Virus record (IMG/VR): IMGVR_UViG_3300021335_000008
Source of the DNA: an uncultured virus (IMG/VR IMGVR_UViG_3300021335_000008)
Lineage: Duplodnaviria; Heunggongvirae; Uroviricota; Caudoviricetes; Demerecviridae
Reading direction: 5' to 3' (one strand)
DNA length: 64,000 nucleotides
Part shown: positions 48,813 through 58,366 of the stretch, in pieces
Numbering within the stretch: the first letter of the stretch is position 1
Layout of the letters: each line of letters starts with the position of its first letter
Notes under the pieces: generated by a model
The model's database searches: none
What the model saw: the letters and a program-made list of their open reading frames with translations, nothing else
What the model was told of the DNA's origin: nothing
Position numbers and translations under genes: made by a program

Positions 48813-50588
48813 TCAACCCTCACAAGCTAAGCAGGCATTTTCGTCCATAGACTCAAATATCTGCCTTCTTAGCGCTTCATCGGATACTTTTTCTGCTCGC
48901 TTGTAGGCTTCGCTTCGTAAGTAGTACAATGTTTTAACTTTTTGCTTCCACGCTTGCATATGAATAGCGTGTAGCTCTTGTTTTGATACATCCGCAGGAA
49001 AAAAGACATTTAACGACTGACTCTGGCAAATATGCTTTTGTCTGTCGCTCGCCATGTCAATAACCCATCTTTGATCTATCTCTACAGCAGTCTTAAATAC
49101 ATCCTTTGTCCAATCATCCAAAAACTCAAGATGTTGTACGGAACCTCCATTTGTGACGATGCTCTTCCAAACTTCGTCAGTATCCATTCCTAAGTCTCGA
49201 AGTATGTCTTCGAGATACTCGTTCTTTTGTAGAGAGGAACCGCTTTTAGTCTTCTGTGTATATGCGTTAGCGCGGTAAGGCTCAATGCTAGGACTAGTGT
49301 TACCACAGATAATACTAGACGAAGCGTTTGGAGCAACAGCCAACAAGTGACAATTACGCATACCCGTGCCTTGTGCATCAGGCGCTTCTCCTCGCTCCAC
49401 TGCAAGCTTTCTCGAAGCAGTTTCCGCAGCAGATTTAATGTGCCAGAACATAGCCATATTACGTCCTTTCGCCATTGCCGATTCAAACGGAATGTTGTGC
49501 CGTTGTAAATAGGCATGGAACCCCATCGCCCCCAAGCCAATTGATCTCTCCCTTTCTGCACTGTAGCGTGCTTTCTCAAGCTCATTCGGAGCGTGAGCAA
49601 TAAAATAAGTAATTACATTGTCAAGCATTCGTACTAAATCTGGAATAAAGTCTGGATTGTTACTCCAAGAATCATACTCTTCCAGATTTACACTTGATAG
49701 ACAACATACTGCTGTACGCTCTTCGTTTGTTGGCAGTGTAATTTCACTACACAAGTTTGACTGATGAACCTGTAGTCCAAGGTCTTTTTGACAATCAGGC
49801 AATGCTTCTTGTACTGTATCACCAAACATAATGTAAGGCTCTCCAGTTTCGACACGATTCTGAATCAACTTCACCCACAATGCTTTTGCACTGATAGTCT
49901 TGATTACGTGCCCTGAATTAGGATCCACGAGAGGCCAGCTATCATCAAAGCCCTCATACTTCGTCGCGCCCTCGATGAGTTCCATGAAAGCATCAGGCAC
50001 GACCACTCCATGATGCAGATTAGTAGACTTACGATTAATATCACCTCCAGTAGGTTTACGAACATCTAAAAATTCCTCGATCTCGGGATGGTTCATTGGT
50101 AAATATGCTGCATAACTTCCTCGACGAGTAACTCCTTGCGAAAATGCAAGCATTTCTGCATCTACAACTTTTACGAAAGGAATGACGCCAGTCGACTCAG
50201 ATCCGTTGCTGGTTTTAGAGCCCACACTGCGAATGTCACCCCAGTAGCCACCAACCCCACCACCCACGGAGGATAAAAATGCGTTCTCTGTGTAGTGGCT
50301 AGTGATGCCCAGTCTACTGTCATCCACGTAGTTAAGAAAACAACTAATAGGTAGACCTCGTTTTGTGCCTCCATTACTAAGAATAGGAGTAGAAAACATA
50401 AACCAAAGCTTACTAGCGTAATCATAAAGTCTTTGTGCATGAGCCTCATCGTCCGCAAAGGCTTCTGCTGCACGAGCGAAAGCCTGCTGGGGAGAACCTT
50501 CTCCACCTACAAGATACCGGTCTTGCAAAGTTTTTATACTAAACTCGGAAAGATAACGATCTCTCCTAAAATCAATTTCTATATTCAT
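48813..50588 (-). CDS. nrdA: Ribonucleotide reductase class Ia alpha subunit, no ATP cone
   Basis: STP, PISCF, SNLCSEI, VCCLSS, APNASSS, TLYYLR, C-terminal CLAC. Confidence 0.96.
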   Translation of the reverse strand: MNIEIDFRRDRYLSEFSIKTLQDRYLVGGEGSPQQAFARAAEAFADDEAHAQRLYDYASKLWFMFSTPILSNGGTKRGLPISCFLNYVDDSRLGITSHYTENAFLSSVGGGVGGYWGDIRSVGSKTSNGSESTGVIPFVKVVDAEMLAFSQGVTRRGSYAAYLPMNHPEIEEFLDVRKPTGGDINRKSTNLHHGVVVPDAFMELIEGATKYEGFDDSWPLVDPNSGHVIKTISAKALWVKLIQNRVETGEPYIMFGDTVQEALPDCQKDLGLQVHQSNLCSEITLPTNEERTAVCCLSSVNLEEYDSWSNNPDFIPDLVRMLDNVITYFIAHAPNELEKARYSAERERSIGLGAMGFHAYLQRHNIPFESAMAKGRNMAMFWHIKSAAETASRKLAVERGEAPDAQGTGMRNCHLLAVAPNASSSIICGNTSPSIEPYRANAYTQKTKSGSSLQKNEYLEDILRDLGMDTDEVWKSIVTNGGSVQHLEFLDDWTKDVFKTAVEIDQRWVIDMASDRQKHICQSQSLNVFFPADVSKQELHAIHMQAWKQKVKTLYYLRSEAYKRAEKVSDEALRRQIFESMDENACLACEG

Positions 50589-51417
50589 TTATTACTCGCT
50601 CAATATCAACAATGTTGTCCTGGCCTATAGCGTCGTCGCAGAAGGTCATTAAATCCATCAACTCGTAGTTTACGAGTAATTGTTCACAATTTGCATTCAA
50701 TTCTTGAATGTACTTGTATTTACTATCAATTGGCACAGCTTCATAAATATCCCAAGCACTGCCAAATTGCTCGATGAGCTGGGTGGCACGCTTTGGGCCA
50801 ATCCCTGGTATACCCGGTACATTGTCACCTTTATCGCCTGTCAAACACTTCATAGATATATAAAGGTATGGTTCAACATCATAGTGCTCACGCCAATTGT
50901 CTAGTCTTACTTCTCTTCGAGTAACATAAGAGAATCTACCCACATTTTCTTGTATCAGTAGATCCCAGTCACGGTCACTCGAGATGAGCCAAATATACTC
51001 TAAATCGTACTTGTCTTTGAACTTTACAAGGTGTGCTGCAATATCATCAGCCTCTACACCCTTATATCTAAGAACTGGGTAGTCTTCTGCGAGCACTTCA
51101 AGGCTTGCTTCGAACTCTTCAAAAAACTCTTCGAATGCGATTCTCTCGGCTTCTGATTGTTCAGCGAACTTATCTTTTCGATTCTGCTTATAGTCGGGCG
51201 AGATTGCCTTACGATAAGAAGAGGAACCCCAATCTGCGGTGATGATAACATTCTTACAGTCATAGGATTTTGCTAAACTTTTTACAGTGCTTTGATAATC
51301 GTAACGAAAATCAGTTCTTCCCTGATGCTTCCAACGAAAAGCTAAGTTGAGAGCATCGACGATTAGAGTAGAATTTGCGTCATCATTGACCATTTTATCA
51401 GTCAGATTAAACGCCAT
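50572..51417 (-). CDS. D15: 5' flap endonuclease / 5'-3' exonuclease (T5 D15)
   Basis: IVDALNLAFR, YKQNR, EADD, SSDRD, GDKGDNVPGIPGIGPKRA. Confidence 0.93.
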   Translation of the reverse strand: MAFNLTDKMVNDDANSTLIVDALNLAFRWKHQGRTDFRYDYQSTVKSLAKSYDCKNVIITADWGSSSYRKAISPDYKQNRKDKFAEQSEAERIAFEEFFEEFEASLEVLAEDYPVLRYKGVEADDIAAHLVKFKDKYDLEYIWLISSDRDWDLLIQENVGRFSYVTRREVRLDNWREHYDVEPYLYISMKCLTGDKGDNVPGIPGIGPKRATQLIEQFGSAWDIYEAVPIDSKYKYIQELNANCEQLLVNYELMDLMTFCDDAIGQDNIVDIERVINEYRN

Positions 51418-51853
51418 TTATAAACTCCACTTTCTCTTCTTTGAGCCATACATCTGCTAGGAGAATGTAACAGCCCAACCACTCAAGGTACATCCAGTGG
51501 TCTGTGATTTCTGGAAGAATATCCGTGACAACAAATACCGCTGACCGATTATATTTGAAGAACAACAAAGGCTCCTGGTTTCCGCCTTCTGCTTGTTGTA
51601 CTACTTTCTTCCACCATTTAATTAAATTGTTTGTTCTTGGGGCAGTGAATACTTTATCACTGAGAGGAGAGCTTTCATAGTTTTTTACTTCAATGCAAAA
51701 ACGATTCTTTGCATGAGGTACATATAAGTCTCCTTTGAGATAGTCAAGAGCACCAGAGCTTGGTACTCTTTCAAACTGCAGACCAGTTGATTCTCGAAGC
51801 AAATCTCGTACTAAATACTCTCCACGAGCCCCCTTTGCTCTACTATCAACCAT
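51407..51853 (-). CDS. D14: D14-like Holliday junction resolvase / PD-(D/E)xK nuclease
   Basis: MVDSRAKGARGE, RVPSSGAL..LKGD, IEVKNY. Confidence 0.85.
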   Translation of the reverse strand: MVDSRAKGARGEYLVRDLLRESTGLQFERVPSSGALDYLKGDLYVPHAKNRFCIEVKNYESSPLSDKVFTAPRTNNLIKWWKKVVQQAEGGNQEPLLFFKYNRSAVFVVTDILPEITDHWMYLEWLGCYILLADVWLKEEKVEFINGV

Positions 51854-52061
51854 TCTCTCCGCCCATTAAAATTTCTCCGAGCTGATCTAACTTTTCTTGA
51901 TACTCTGCGGCTTTTGCTAACTCTTCTTCAATAGCTGCAAGTATATCAGGATGTTCTCCGATTCCTACGGGACTTTGCAAATATATCCTCACATTCGCCT
52001 GATGATACTTTACCTTCCCGGTTAGATAGCTCATCATGCTGTCTGCTATCATTTTCTTCAT
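51846..52061 (-). CDS. Hypothetical protein
   Basis: AAGGAG RBS; HQANV..YL..PVGIGEHPD motif common in small phage proteins. Confidence 0.7.
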   Translation of the reverse strand: MKKMIADSMMSYLTGKVKYHQANVRIYLQSPVGIGEHPDILAAIEEELAKAAEYQEKLDQLGEILMGGENG

Positions 52062-52130
52062 TTTGTTTCTCCTTGGTCATTTCCCAAATTAGTCTTCGAC
52101 GATTATTCATCATACGTCTGGCGTGTCCCA

Positions 52131-53927
52131 TTAGTGCTCCAGTTTGCTGACATTACCTGACTTAACTACTTCTACTTTGTCGAGCAGAGGATGAGTCCAG
52201 CCGTGACTCACGACATAAGTATTTAAGTCTTCTCCCAAAAGTACCTCTACTAATTTTTCTCGCCCTGTCTCATCTAGCACATTGATTACTTCATCAAGAA
52301 ACAATATGTTGATTTGAGACTTCGAGATACTACTCATCAATTTGCGTATAGCAATCAGAGTAGCAGTGTTCACCCTTGCCAGTTCTCCACTAGAGAGAGC
52401 AAGAATATCCACAATGTTACCATTGTCAGTGATTTGAACATTAAGTTTATCATTTGATACTACAAACTCCAGTGTAAAACGGCCATCGGACAGTTCTGCT
52501 AGATAGTGATTTGTGAGCTCTTCCAACTCTTTTACCAAATTCTCTATCTTGTACGCCAACAATCCATTTGTACTGAATGCTTTTTTCAAGACTTCAAGAT
52601 GCCCTGCAGTTGCGGCCTCGAGGTCGAGAAGCTCATTCAATTCGAATAGTTCGCTTTCAAACTCGTCTGTTTGCTCTAGGATTACTTGGATTCTTGTGTT
52701 TCGTTTAGTGATTCGCTCATTTTCTCGTGAGATTCGAACCATCCGTTCCTTAGCATCTGATATTCTTTCTTGAATTCTACTAGCCCTGTCTTTGAGCTCA
52801 TTAGGATCCAACGTAGATGCCGGAAGGTTGTTGTCAATGCTTCTAAAGAGTTCGTGCCAATCGCTTTCAATTTTTCTTGCGTGTTGGTACTCTGCATTGT
52901 CTCGTTTAATTTGCGATATTCTTCCGTCAATTTCATCTTGTCTTTCTCTCGCTTCGGCAACTTTTCTTGCCTCTGCATCAATTAATGATTGTTTAAAAGA
53001 ACTGTCTACAGTTTGCTCACAAGTGGGGCAATGATCTCCGAGCTTGCTCATCTTATCTAAGAGTCGCTTTGACCCCGCTGCTGCTTGTTGCAACTTACCA
53101 ATCTCGGATTGTAAGTCATCATATGATTGTATACTAGATACTTTACAGGCTTGTGCATCCTCGATATTTATCTTAGAGAGCATATCCTTATAAGTATTAT
53201 TCTGAGAAATTTTTCTATTTTTCTCAGAAATATTTTGAATTTCAATCATAAGAGTGGCGAGCTCTTGTTCGTCTTCTATTGTCTCAATAGAAATTTCAGA
53301 CACGGGCAGTATGGATGTATCACTCAATTTGTTATCATTTAACCACTTTTCGATTGTCGCTATTTTCGATTCAATACTATTGAGATTTAACGTACTCTTT
53401 CGAGCCTCTTCTTTGAATAAATCAAAAAGGCGAACATAGTGCTCTAAGTGGAGAAGATCAATGAGAAACTTCTTGCGGTTCGTATCTGTCGCAGTAAGAA
53501 ACTGTAGACTGCTATTTGTGTTCTGGTATACCAACTGAGAGAAGGTTTTAAAGTCGATGCCAATAATATCTTGGAGTGTCTTGTATGTATTGGTCGCTGT
53601 ATGAGAACTAATATCTTCTCCATTTTCCAGCAACTTAAGCTTAATACTAGACTTCCTATCAATAATGACATCATAGCGCTTCTCATCCTTTGTAAACTCA
53701 AGATGGATATTATATCCTGCGTTTACATAACGGTTCGGTATATCTGCTTTCTTTATACCCTTTGAGTTTTTGTTGTACAGTGCTTCTTCAATGATTAACG
53801 GTATAGACGACTTGCCCATACCGTTAGTACCAAGAACTTGAGTTACAGTATTGTTGCTCAGATCTAGCTCATTGTCAGCTCCGTAGCTAAAACAATTACT
53901 CCATTTCAACTTTTGTAGCGTAATCAT
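52131..53927 (-). CDS. D13: SbcC/Rad50-like ATPase (T5 D13)
   Basis: Walker A GTNGMGKS, CPTC zinc hook, LSSGE signature, LFLDEV. Confidence 0.93.
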   Translation of the reverse strand: MITLQKLKWSNCFSYGADNELDLSNNTVTQVLGTNGMGKSSIPLIIEEALYNKNSKGIKKADIPNRYVNAGYNIHLEFTKDEKRYDVIIDRKSSIKLKLLENGEDISSHTATNTYKTLQDIIGIDFKTFSQLVYQNTNSSLQFLTATDTNRKKFLIDLLHLEHYVRLFDLFKEEARKSTLNLNSIESKIATIEKWLNDNKLSDTSILPVSEISIETIEDEQELATLMIEIQNISEKNRKISQNNTYKDMLSKINIEDAQACKVSSIQSYDDLQSEIGKLQQAAAGSKRLLDKMSKLGDHCPTCEQTVDSSFKQSLIDAEARKVAEARERQDEIDGRISQIKRDNAEYQHARKIESDWHELFRSIDNNLPASTLDPNELKDRASRIQERISDAKERMVRISRENERITKRNTRIQVILEQTDEFESELFELNELLDLEAATAGHLEVLKKAFSTNGLLAYKIENLVKELEELTNHYLAELSDGRFTLEFVVSNDKLNVQITDNGNIVDILALSSGELARVNTATLIAIRKLMSSISKSQINILFLDEVINVLDETGREKLVEVLLGEDLNTYVVSHGWTHPLLDKVEVVKSGNVSKLEH

Positions 53928-54855
53928 TAAATATACCTACTATCTGTGGTATTCTATCCTCTGGTATTTCCAGAATATAGGATAGATACTCTACTAATTC
54001 ATCTTGTATAGTCATTTCTTTGTCTATGACAAGAGTAGCTTCGCTACTTCGTTTGACTACTTTCTTGTCAAGAAGCTCAGTGTTCTTGACATTTGCAAGC
54101 TCTTGTATATCTCCCTCTATCTCATAAATTGTATGATGGAAGTCTGTAGGTACCATCTCACTTGGATCTGTTACCGTCTTGCGAATAAGTTGAGGTAAGT
54201 CAAACTTATCCCACATCCAAGACCAATCATTTGGGTTTATGAGGAGGTAGCCGGTTTGTACTTCATTTCTATGAAACGAAGTTGTCATAGGGCTGCCTGG
54301 GTATACAATGTTGCGTTGAGTATTGCTGTGTGCGTGAAGATCGCCTGCAAAAACTATTGGAAAGTCCTCGAATCTGTCTAAGTCCACCTCTGGCTTGACG
54401 TGTGGAGGAATCTCTCCGCGAACATGAGTGAACAAAGGTTTCTTTGGATCAAACAGTTCAATTGAGTTTTTACGGTGAAGGTCTGCATAGGGCAGTACTC
54501 CAAACCCAAAGTCATTGTCGTAGTATGACATATCAACTACTTTGACTAAGGGATTTATGTCTTTTGTTACTTTCTTCAGTTGTGTAAAGAAGGTTTTGTT
54601 TTTCTTCGTAGCTTCGTGGTTACCGTCATAGATAAGAGTCGGAATCTTTACATTTGATATAAAGTCAAAGTAAAGTTCCAACTCTTCCATGTTCGGCAGA
54701 CGGTCGAATAAATCACCTCCAATGATGTGCATATTGCACTGCATCTCAAGCTCATGTATTTGCTTGAAGAACATATGATAGCGATTTATGGCCCACTCAC
54801 GAGGTACATTCTTTTGTCCTAGCTTGATGTGCCAGTCTGCCGTAAATAAAATCAT
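53896..54855 (-). CDS. D12: SbcD/Mre11-like nuclease (T5 D12)
   Basis: ADWH, GGDLFD, GNHE, GDLH, YPGSP metallophosphoesterase motifs. Confidence 0.93.
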   Translation of the reverse strand: MILFTADWHIKLGQKNVPREWAINRYHMFFKQIHELEMQCNMHIIGGDLFDRLPNMEELELYFDFISNVKIPTLIYDGNHEATKKNKTFFTQLKKVTKDINPLVKVVDMSYYDNDFGFGVLPYADLHRKNSIELFDPKKPLFTHVRGEIPPHVKPEVDLDRFEDFPIVFAGDLHAHSNTQRNIVYPGSPMTTSFHRNEVQTGYLLINPNDWSWMWDKFDLPQLIRKTVTDPSEMVPTDFHHTIYEIEGDIQELANVKNTELLDKKVVKRSSEATLVIDKEMTIQDELVEYLSYILEIPEDRIPQIVGIFNDYATKVEME

Positions 54856-55478
54856 CCGATGTTGAACTCATCTTCCAAGGATTCATCAATATCGCCCGCT
54901 GCATCTTCACGAATTTCATCGAGAAGAGTCTTCTGGGCGTCTGGTGTAGGACGAGGCATAACATCATCCATAGACTTTAAATCTGCAATAGCGGACATTT
55001 CGCTTTCGCTGAGAGCACGCTGCTTGCACTTGAGTACTTGTAACTGGTACTCCACATTGTAGGGGAGAGGGCCAGTCTTTACTCGCTTGAACTTAACATC
55101 CCAGCCAGTCTCAGGATCAGTAGGATCTCCAAGGTCTTCTGCTGCAGTCAAGATAGCTTCGAATAGCTTCTTCTTGAGATTGATGATTTTGACTTCGCCA
55201 TTGTCAATGCACTGCATCGCGTAGCTCCAGCCACACTTGAGATCGGGGTAGTACTCACGAACCCAATCTTTCTCAAGATTGTTGAATCGCTCTTCATTAC
55301 GGTCAAAAGATAGACACTCAAAAGGAATGTTCTTACCGTTCTTGCCTTCGAGCCAGTAAACGTAACGTGCTAGTACGTCTCCAACTAAGCGAACTTCGTT
55401 GTCTCCGTCTCGGTATGCGTATGAAGTGATTGATGATTTTTTAGCGCCGCCAGCGGCTTTGTTAAATGATAGTGCCAT
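54852..55478 (-). CDS. D11: Single-stranded DNA-binding protein (T5 D11-like)
   Basis: DGDNEVRLVG..RYVYW, LGDPTDPETGWD, acidic C-terminal tail; synteny. Confidence 0.8.
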   Translation of the reverse strand: MALSFNKAAGGAKKSSITSYAYRDGDNEVRLVGDVLARYVYWLEGKNGKNIPFECLSFDRNEERFNNLEKDWVREYYPDLKCGWSYAMQCIDNGEVKIINLKKKLFEAILTAAEDLGDPTDPETGWDVKFKRVKTGPLPYNVEYQLQVLKCKQRALSESEMSAIADLKSMDDVMPRPTPDAQKTLLDEIREDAAGDIDESLEDEFNIG

Positions 55479-55879
55479 TAGTGTATATTCTCCTGTTTGA
55501 CTTCTTCGTATAGAAAATGAACTTTACCATCTTCTATGCGTAGTAGACTGTTATCTTCAAAAAATTCTGTTTCTACTTCGCATTGAAGCAGATCCAGTGT
55601 GGTGTCCCCAGTGATTGCATAGTCCGCGTACGGACGCATGGAAGCTATTGCGAGATACTGGGCGATCTCACGATAGCTGTACTTGTAAGCGTTGTGTAGC
55701 AATACATCTGGATGAACAATAAAGGATTCGCCATTAAAATGCTTTCCAGTATGTTTATAAATAATATCATATTTGTTCTTCGGTATCGCTCCAGTTACAA
55801 GCATTTTAAAGATGACAAAAAGCGTAAGAGGATTACCTTCCGACGCTTCAAACATCTTTTTCCAATCGTAGAATAACAT
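55478..55879 (-). CDS. Conserved T5-like hypothetical protein between D10 and D11
   Basis: MLFYDW start, N.LL.I...KVHF.YEE end; TAATG coupling to D11. Confidence 0.7.
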   Translation of the reverse strand: MLFYDWKKMFEASEGNPLTLFVIFKMLVTGAIPKNKYDIIYKHTGKHFNGESFIVHPDVLLHNAYKYSYREIAQYLAIASMRPYADYAITGDTTLDLLQCEVETEFFEDNSLLRIEDGKVHFLYEEVKQENIH

Positions 55880-55920
55880 ATTATACTCTCATTTGAGGCA
55901 TTTGTCAAGAAGTATTTTTC
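55880..55920 (-). promoter_or_regulatory. Sigma70-type promoter
   Basis: TTGACA 55908-55903, 17 bp, TATAAT 55885-55880. Confidence 0.85.
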
Positions 55921-55925
55921 TATGT

Positions 55926-57209
55926 TCAAAGCTGTTTGATTTGATAACCCTGCTTCATATAGTAGCCCATTCTGTTGGACGCCTGTCTTTGCGCAGTTTT
56001 ACCTCTGAGATGAATATCAATAATTACCGGATCTCTTTTATCTTCGTGCTTTCTAACAACTCGTCCGATAAGCTGGGTGAGTAGTGGTTCATTATTAATA
56101 GGTGTGGCAAGAATAAGGCAAGATAGAGTATTAACTGAAATACCTTCACTAAAAATTGCTTGAGTCCCGTATAGAATATTCTTACTGCCATGTAATATTT
56201 CATTTATTAACTCTTCTCTTTGCTCATGTGGTACCTCGCCCGTAACACATATAGAATTTTCGCCAGTCAGTTCGGCGCAGCTCTTCAAGAAATGAACTCG
56301 ATCTGACACCACAAGTACCTTATGGCCTCGTGCCGCATATGCTGATGCTAACATTGCGACTGAGTGGCGATACTCGTCGTTATTTGCGATAGCATTGACT
56401 CTCTTAGCCCAAGGTATGTTTGCGCCGTCTGGAAAACGCACTTCTGAGCGATAAATGTTTATGCTCGGAGTAAGAAAGTTTTCTTTTGGGGGCTTGAAAA
56501 TATTCGGGCTGAAGTAGTCTCTAAAGACAACGTGTTTTCCGTCTTTGCGTTCGATAGTACCAGAAAGCCCGATTTTATAGCGAGCGTGGCTAGTATCAAT
56601 AATTTTAGCGAAAGTGGGAGACGAGACATGGTGCATTTCATCTAGTATTATAGTTCCGAATTCTTTTCGGATTTTCTCGATATTCCGATACAAAGTCTGA
56701 GTATTCCCGATAACAATAGGGCTATCAAGCTCAAACCTACCACTCCCAATAATGCCGGGACTAACTCCATATACTTTCTCCACTTCTTTGGCCCATTGAT
56801 TTCGTAGCGGCACAGTGTGCGTTACTACAAGTGTTTTTTGACCCAGTTTTCCTGCGATTGCAAGACCTGTAAAGGTCTTTCCCCAACTTACCCACGCATT
56901 AATGATACAGTTATCATCCAAATTGTCATAAACATCCTGCTGACTTTGCCGTAGCTCAAACCGAAAATCTGGAAAGTCAGCAGGAATATTTAATCGCTTA
57001 TCCACTATCTCGTAATCACTTGGTATCAAGTCCGTTCGTCCAATTGGTATAGATACCAGATTTTCGCGCACCCGCTGCAGATTCTTAATGATCTGTGGAG
57101 GATCATTTGGATTCTGAGAGGGTATTTTGTAGGTGAGCTCGTCCGAGAGTACCTTTCGATACTCCGGACTACACTCCATAAAAATACGATTAGATAAGAC
57201 AGCTTTCAT
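55926..57209 (-). CDS. D10: SF2 DNA helicase (T5 D10 / UvsW-like)
   Basis: LRQSQ, WGKT, DEMH, LSGT, EGIS, QLIGRVVR. Confidence 0.92.
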   Translation of the reverse strand: MKAVLSNRIFMECSPEYRKVLSDELTYKIPSQNPNDPPQIIKNLQRVRENLVSIPIGRTDLIPSDYEIVDKRLNIPADFPDFRFELRQSQQDVYDNLDDNCIINAWVSWGKTFTGLAIAGKLGQKTLVVTHTVPLRNQWAKEVEKVYGVSPGIIGSGRFELDSPIVIGNTQTLYRNIEKIRKEFGTIILDEMHHVSSPTFAKIIDTSHARYKIGLSGTIERKDGKHVVFRDYFSPNIFKPPKENFLTPSINIYRSEVRFPDGANIPWAKRVNAIANNDEYRHSVAMLASAYAARGHKVLVVSDRVHFLKSCAELTGENSICVTGEVPHEQREELINEILHGSKNILYGTQAIFSEGISVNTLSCLILATPINNEPLLTQLIGRVVRKHEDKRDPVIIDIHLRGKTAQRQASNRMGYYMKQGYQIKQL

Positions 57210-57868
57210 TATAGCCCTAGTTGATCTTTTGCTATGATATACTTTTTAACAAAACTACTCCGAACAATATCGTGAATTTCAAAGTCCACTACATCGAACA
57301 TTTCGGTTGCTTTTAGTACGCGAATGAAGTCCCGTAGCCCATTTTTGTGTAAGTCTGCCTGACGAAAGTCCCCACAAAAAATAACTCTACAGCCTTCCCC
57401 AACACGAGTAATAATTGAGTCTAACTCATGAAATGACATATTCTGACACTCATCTACAATAATTGTAGCGTTTCTTAGAGTTACGCCACGAATAAATGAA
57501 GTTGTCATAAAATGTACTAATGCTTTTGTCTTTAATATTTGATACGCATCTCCGCGCTGAAAGAGTTCTATGCAAATATCTTTGTAAGGCTCTTCATACA
57601 CTGAGGCTTTTTCTTTCTCGGTTCCTGGTAGGAATCCTATGTCCCGAGTAGGAACGGCACTACGAATAAGTACGAGCTTTTCGTATTCACCTTTAATCAT
57701 ATCATCAAAGGCAAAGTAGCACGCAATAAAAGTTTTACCTGTTCCTGCTACTCCATGCAAAACCATATTCTTGTCGCTTTCAAAAGCTCGAAGCTGGTTC
57801 TGTGTGAGTGGTTCAATCTCCTGCAACTCTAAGTTTGCACCTTGTAAAGTTTTAGATCGTTTACCCAT
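57209..57868 (-). CDS. phoH: PhoH-family ATPase
   Basis: GVAGTGKT, IGFLPG, FIRGVTL, DECQN, GDFRQAD, DIVRS. Confidence 0.95.
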   Translation of the reverse strand: MGKRSKTLQGANLELQEIEPLTQNQLRAFESDKNMVLHGVAGTGKTFIACYFAFDDMIKGEYEKLVLIRSAVPTRDIGFLPGTEKEKASVYEEPYKDICIELFQRGDAYQILKTKALVHFMTTSFIRGVTLRNATIIVDECQNMSFHELDSIITRVGEGCRVIFCGDFRQADLHKNGLRDFIRVLKATEMFDVVDFEIHDIVRSSFVKKYIIAKDQLGL

Positions 57869-57871
57869 AAT

Positions 57872-58366
57872 TTATACTTTTCTTCGAGTGTCTTCACGAC
57901 GGTCTTCAGAATACTCGTATAAAACCCAAGGAAGGGTTCCGTAGTGTAAAACCCCAGCATACCGCATTTCACTTGCTGGTGGCCGTGGAATGACAAAAGA
58001 ACTCTTTACCCCGTCTAGTTTCAGAAGAGATGCAGTTTCCTTTTGTACTATAGACTTGATTCTGTAATATTTTAACTTACAAAACTCCGTCTTTTCATAG
58101 ATAAACGGTATGCCGTTTGTATCTATAAAATGCTTTTCTTTTGACTTTATCATTCCTCTAAAGTTATCTATTTGATGCTTTAGAGGGTAGAGATTTTTAT
58201 GTGGTGTTTGTAAGCGGCGCATACCTAAAGTATCACCGCTCATATTTTTATCGTCAACTATTTTGTCATCGAGAAAGAGTAATCCGTCTCTACGATCCCA
58301 GTTCCCTGTAGGTAGAATGTATACAGGAAACCGCACTTTGTTGATATTTTTATACTGAATCACCAT
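57872..58366 (-). CDS. Conserved T5-like hypothetical protein downstream of DNA polymerase (true start probably ATG 58366)
   Basis: FPVY, VDDKNM.GDTLG.RRLQTP, FID..G..F.YEK; the longer called start lies deep inside polA. Confidence 0.7.
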   Translation of the reverse strand: MVIQYKNINKVRFPVYILPTGNWDRRDGLLFLDDKIVDDKNMSGDTLGMRRLQTPHKNLYPLKHQIDNFRGMIKSKEKHFIDTNGIPFIYEKTEFCKLKYYRIKSIVQKETASLLKLDGVKSSFVIPRPPASEMRYAGVLHYGTLPWVLYEYSEDRREDTRRKV

